DNA of 37,417 bases from an uncultured Nitrososphaerota archaeon (GTDB lineage Archaea > Korarchaeota > Korarchaeia > Korarchaeales > Korarchaeaceae). Of this stretch, positions 34,219 through 37,417 are shown piece by piece (within the stretch, counting starts at the first letter, position 1; each line of letters opens with the position of its first letter). The DNA lies in NCBI GenBank assembly GCA_964594835.1, contig CAZQNA010000008.1, positions 64,432 through 101,848 on the forward strand, written 5' to 3'. The notes under the pieces are model-generated. The model was not told where the DNA came from, ran no database searches, and saw only the letters and a program-made list of their open reading frames with translations. The position numbers were made by a program, and so were the translations under genes.

Positions 34219-35181
34219 ATGCCCACCCCCGTCGTCGTGGTTCACGGCGGAGTTCGCGTGTCCGCCCCCAGGACTGAGGATCCGGAGGCCGACGAGGAGG
34301 CGGTCAATAGGCTCAGGTGGATAGCCCAGTCGGCCTACAGGGCCATGGAGGCCGGTGGGAGCGCCTTGGATGCGGTCGAGCTTGCGGTCAGGCTCATGGA
34401 GGACGACCCCAGATTCAACGCGGGCTACGGGTCGGCCCTGAACCTCCTCGGGGAGGTCGAGGTGGACGCCTCCATAATGGACGGCCACCGGATGAGGGCC
34501 GGCGCCGTTGGCGGGGTAAAGGGCGTCCGTCACGCCGTGTCACTCGCGAGGGCGGTCATGGAGCGCACCCCCCACGTCCTCCTGGTCGGGGAGGGAGCCA
34601 GGGACTTCGCCGGAAAGCTTGGACTGGGGGGAGACGACGACCTGATCCACGAGAGGAGGGTTGAGTACAGGAGGAGAATGCTGGAGGCCCTGAGGTCTGG
34701 GAGGGGGCCGGAGAGGCTCAGGAGCCTGCTCGACCTGATGCCCATGTACGGCGTCGCCGACACGGTCGGGGCGGTGGCGGTGGACTCCGAGGGCAGGCTC
34801 GCAGCCGCGACTTCGACCGGGGGGCTCACGCTCAAGCTCCCGGGGAGGGTGGGGGACTCAGCCATAATCGGCGCAGGCACCTACGCCAGCAGGGCCGCCG
34901 CCTGCTCCGGGACGGGCATAGGGGAAGCCGCGATGCTGGTGCTTGGCGCCTACAGGGTGGTCAAGGGGGTCGAGGACGGGAAGAGCCCCCAGGAGGCCGC
35001 GGAGGAGGTTCTCGTGGAGATACACAGGACGACGGGCTACGCTTTCGGCTTCATCTCCGTTGGCGCGGACGGAGAGATAGGGGTGGCACAGACCGGATAC
35101 GGCCTGTTCTGGGCCGCCAGCGGCGACGGCTGGGTCGACGGAGGCGTGAAGAAAGAGAGGCCGAAGGGACTCCTCACTTGA
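34219..35181 (+). CDS. Isoaspartyl peptidase / plant-type L-asparaginase (Ntn hydrolase)
   Basis: VHGG, EDDPRFNAGYGS, DASIMDG, autocleavage D|TVGAVA, ATSTGG, GRVGDS, TGIGE. Confidence 0.92.
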   Translation: MPTPVVVVHGGVRVSAPRTEDPEADEEAVNRLRWIAQSAYRAMEAGGSALDAVELAVRLMEDDPRFNAGYGSALNLLGEVEVDASIMDGHRMRAGAVGGVKGVRHAVSLARAVMERTPHVLLVGEGARDFAGKLGLGGDDDLIHERRVEYRRRMLEALRSGRGPERLRSLLDLMPMYGVADTVGAVAVDSEGRLAAATSTGGLTLKLPGRVGDSAIIGAGTYASRAAACSGTGIGEAAMLVLGAYRVVKGVEDGKSPQEAAEEVLVEIHRTTGYAFGFISVGADGEIGVAQTGYGLFWAASGDGWVDGGVKKERPKGLLT

Positions 35182-35419
35182 GCCCCTCGAAGATCACGAC
35201 GGCCTGGGTCGGGCAGACGACCTCGCAGGCCTTGCAGCAGAAGCAGCGCTCGTTAGCGCCCTCCGTGGCGAAGGCCTTCTTGGCCCCGTCCACCTCCCTG
35301 ATCTCGAAGTTGTCCACCGGGCAGACCTGGGTGCAGAGGCCGCAGCCTATGCACCTGTCCAGGTCGATCTGAACCCTGACCTCGTGGACCATCTCCCTGA
35401 TCGCGGGCACGTCAACCAC
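35174..35419 (-). CDS. 2[4Fe-4S] ferredoxin
   Basis: CIGCGLCTQVCP and CFCCKACEVVCP. Confidence 0.9.
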   Translation of the reverse strand: MVDVPAIREMVHEVRVQIDLDRCIGCGLCTQVCPVDNFEIREVDGAKKAFATEGANERCFCCKACEVVCPTQAVVIFEGLK

Positions 35420-36596
35420 CTCCCACTCCCTCGGGGATCACCTGGTCGATCTTGCGCTTGATGACGATAGCCTTCTCCATCTCCACGGCCTTGGGCCCTA
35501 TGTCCCTGCTGGACACCGAGCTGAAGCCTATCACCCGCCTGGTGTCCTTGTCGTAGACGATGTACGCGTGGTCCCCGAACTCGGTCCCGCTGACGTCCAC
35601 CCTCTCCACGTTGAAGCCAGCCTTCTCGGCCTCGGTGCTCACCAACCCCGCCCTGAACACGAAGTTACCGCCCATGAAGGCGTCCTTGATGTACGCGGGG
35701 GTCTTGACGGCGGCCTTGCTACCCTGCATCGCCTTTACCGCGTTGAATGCCATCAGGGTGGCGGCGGTCCCTATGCCGAGGTACTCGGGCTTGTTCGTGA
35801 CAGGGCAGTAGCAGTTGGCCACGTCGCCGATGGCGAATATGCTGGGATCGGAGGTCCTGCCCTGCTCGTCCACCTTGACCGCCCAGTCCCAGATGAGCTC
35901 GAGCCCCGCCTCCCTCGCCAGCCTGACGTCCGGGTTGACGCCCGCCGCGGCGACTATGAGGTCGGCCTCCACCTCTTGGCCGTCCGCCTCGACGGCGCCG
36001 TCCTTGACCCTCTTGGGAGTGGCGTGGACGAACTTCACCCCTACCTGCTTCAGCCTCTCCTCGAGGATCTGAGACAGCTCGGGCTCCAGCGACTTCCTGA
36101 CGAGCCTCGACCTCACGATGATGATGGGCTCAGCCCCGACGGCCAGAGCGGAGTCTGCCACGTGGAGGGCGACGAAGCTGGCCCCGATTATCGCGACGGT
36201 GCTGGGCTTCTCCTCCCGGAGCCTCCTGGCGTCCTCGAGCCTCCTGAACCCCATGGCCTTCTCTATCCCCTCTATCTTCCTCGGCCTGCTGGGCTGGGAC
36301 CCCGTGGCGAGGATGAGGTAGTCGTACTTCAGCGTCTGGCCGCTCTTCAGCACGACCTCCCTCTGCTCTCGCCTTATCCGCTCGACCTCGTCCCAGACGA
36401 ACTCGACGCCCAGGTTCTCGACGTGCTTCGTCGGCACCAGGATGTCCTTGCCTGCCACCGCGACCCTGAGCTTGTGCCTCACGTAGGGGGGCTCGTCTCC
36501 GATCACCTTGATCTTGTAGTCGGGCAGGAACCTGGCCGCGTCCCAGGCGGCGGCCAGCCCGCCGAGCCCGGCTCCCACTATGACCAGGTCAGCCAA
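35412..36596 (-). CDS. FAD-dependent pyridine nucleotide-disulfide oxidoreductase family protein
   Basis: IVGAGLGG, YDYLILATGS, IIGASFVA, GVNP, TSDPSIFAIGD; overlaps the ferredoxin start. Confidence 0.88.
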   Translation of the reverse strand: MADLVIVGAGLGGLAAAWDAARFLPDYKIKVIGDEPPYVRHKLRVAVAGKDILVPTKHVENLGVEFVWDEVERIRREQREVVLKSGQTLKYDYLILATGSQPSRPRKIEGIEKAMGFRRLEDARRLREEKPSTVAIIGASFVALHVADSALAVGAEPIIIVRSRLVRKSLEPELSQILEERLKQVGVKFVHATPKRVKDGAVEADGQEVEADLIVAAAGVNPDVRLAREAGLELIWDWAVKVDEQGRTSDPSIFAIGDVANCYCPVTNKPEYLGIGTAATLMAFNAVKAMQGSKAAVKTPAYIKDAFMGGNFVFRAGLVSTEAEKAGFNVERVDVSGTEFGDHAYIVYDKDTRRVIGFSSVSSRDIGPKAVEMEKAIVIKRKIDQVIPEGVGGG

Positions 36597-36764
36597 ATGG
36601 GACCCCGAGACGGGCCTCTGACCGTAGAATTAAAGGTTTAAATGATTTAAAATGTTTACTTTAATGGCAGATCTCAGATCGATAGAAGTGAAAAGAAGGA
36701 CGTGATGTCAGCATCACGGACCAATTAATAAGGTTTCGTAAAATCCGATCGAGTTAGCCCTCAG

Positions 36765-37184
36765 CTAACCCCGGTCCCTCAGGGCCAGCACCTTGGACTT
36801 CAGCGAGGCCCAGGCCTCGTTTATCTCCTCCCAACTCAGACCTCGGTGCTTCTTCGGGTCGTATTTCGCCTTTCCCACCTTCTCCACGACCTTGACGTAG
36901 AAGGCCTCGACCTCCTCGGGGGTCAGCTCGACGATGGGTCCCGAAGGCTTGCTGGCAGCCCTGGCCTCCTCGACCTCCTCCCGTGACACCAACCCCCTGC
37001 CCAGCAGGTACTCGATCACCTCGTCGGGAGCCTTCCCCAAGCTCCCAAGGCTGTGCTGGACGTACTTCGGCCCGCCTTCATCTTTCTTCAGGTAGTGCGA
37101 GATGTAAACGTACTTCCGGCCCTTTATCTCCCTGACAAAGACGCTCGTGGCTGGCCTCCCGCACCTCGGACAGGTGAGCCTCAA
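36765..37184 (-). CDS. Zn-finger DNA-binding protein of the kind found in archaeal viruses/integrated elements
   Basis: CPRCG...GRKYVYISH...HSLG motif; Lys-rich; flanked by AT-rich DNA. Confidence 0.6.
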   Translation of the reverse strand: MRLTCPRCGRPATSVFVREIKGRKYVYISHYLKKDEGGPKYVQHSLGSLGKAPDEVIEYLLGRGLVSREEVEEARAASKPSGPIVELTPEEVEAFYVKVVEKVGKAKYDPKKHRGLSWEEINEAWASLKSKVLALRDRG

Positions 37185-37201
37185 CGCAAACCCTGATCAT
37201 G

Positions 37202-37268
37202 TGTAACCCGGTTACAATATAAGTGTAACTTGCTGGTAAACGATACACTTAAGTGTAACTCGTTGCAC
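37202..37268. promoter_or_regulatory. Cluster of TGTAAC operator-like repeats in a divergent promoter
   Basis: TGTAACC-C-GGTTACA (37202-16); TAAGTGTAACT at 37220-30 and 37250-60; GTGTAAC-TC-GTTGCAC (37253-68). Confidence 0.65.
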
Positions 37269-37289
37269 GTAGCATCGGGGCACGGGCAC

Positions 37290-37417
37290 ATGGGGTGGAG
37301 GTACCGTTGGAACCTGAACGTCGACCCAACCCGATTTAGGAGGATCAGCTTCCGGGCGATAAACAAAGAGAAAGAGACTCATAGGGAGTTAAGACAGACT
37401 GCGGCCCACGCGCTCAT
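37290..37417 (+). CDS. 5' part of a gene running off the right edge (MGWRYRWNLNVDPTRFRRISFRAINKEKETHRELRQTAAHAL...)
   Basis: ATG 37290, frame open to the window end, divergent from the Zn-finger gene; product not established. Confidence 0.45.
   Translation, partial: MGWRYRWNLNVDPTRFRRISFRAINKEKETHRELRQTAAHAL

Noticed and set aside
37181-37366. 61-aa minus-strand ORF
   Set aside because: Crosses the operator/promoter repeats, has atypical composition and conflicts with the plus-strand ORF at 37290.
1-37417. CRISPR array, rRNA, transposase or selenoprotein read-through
   Set aside because: No regularly spaced repeats, rRNA sequence, transposase motifs or in-frame TGA at conserved Cys positions were seen.

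Overview
GC-rich archaeal chromosomal segment. Heavy AGG/ATA codon use, TATA-type promoters, a split GMP synthase, EgsA, ABCE1, Trm112 and an intron-containing tRNA point to a thermophilic archaeon, probably TACK; that assignment is inference. Most of the window is housekeeping and metabolism: guaAB/guaAA/guaB, a PUA protein, ADP-forming acyl-CoA synthetase alpha with iorAB, ABCE1, egsA, metG, ribL, a DHH hydrolase, HADs, a DUF1512-Zn ribbon-Nudix-UppP operon, a NatAB-like ABC exporter, surface proteins, gltX, an isoaspartyl peptidase, and a flavoprotein with a ferredoxin. It also has tRNA-Asp(GTC) and tRNA-Tyr(GTA) with a 46-nt intron. The ORF track misses two candidate box C/D sRNAs. The first (16931-16992) lies inside a membrane-sensor/KaiC/ACT-V4R gene cluster. 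One of its guides matches the tRNA-Glu(UUC) wobble position, and the other matches the 16S anti-Shine-Dalgarno end and could also act as an RBS for a 14-codon ORF overlapping the kaiC start. The second (30808-30866) has a guide matching 23S rRNA near the peptidyl-transferase centre. Other oddities are a 55/56-nt repeat between the two ABCE1 NBDs, a HisD homologue with altered catalytic residues, a hybrid RNase HII/HIII, an unexplained structured intergenic element, and the probable edge of an integrated element at the right end. All calls are from motif recognition by eye; no searches were run.
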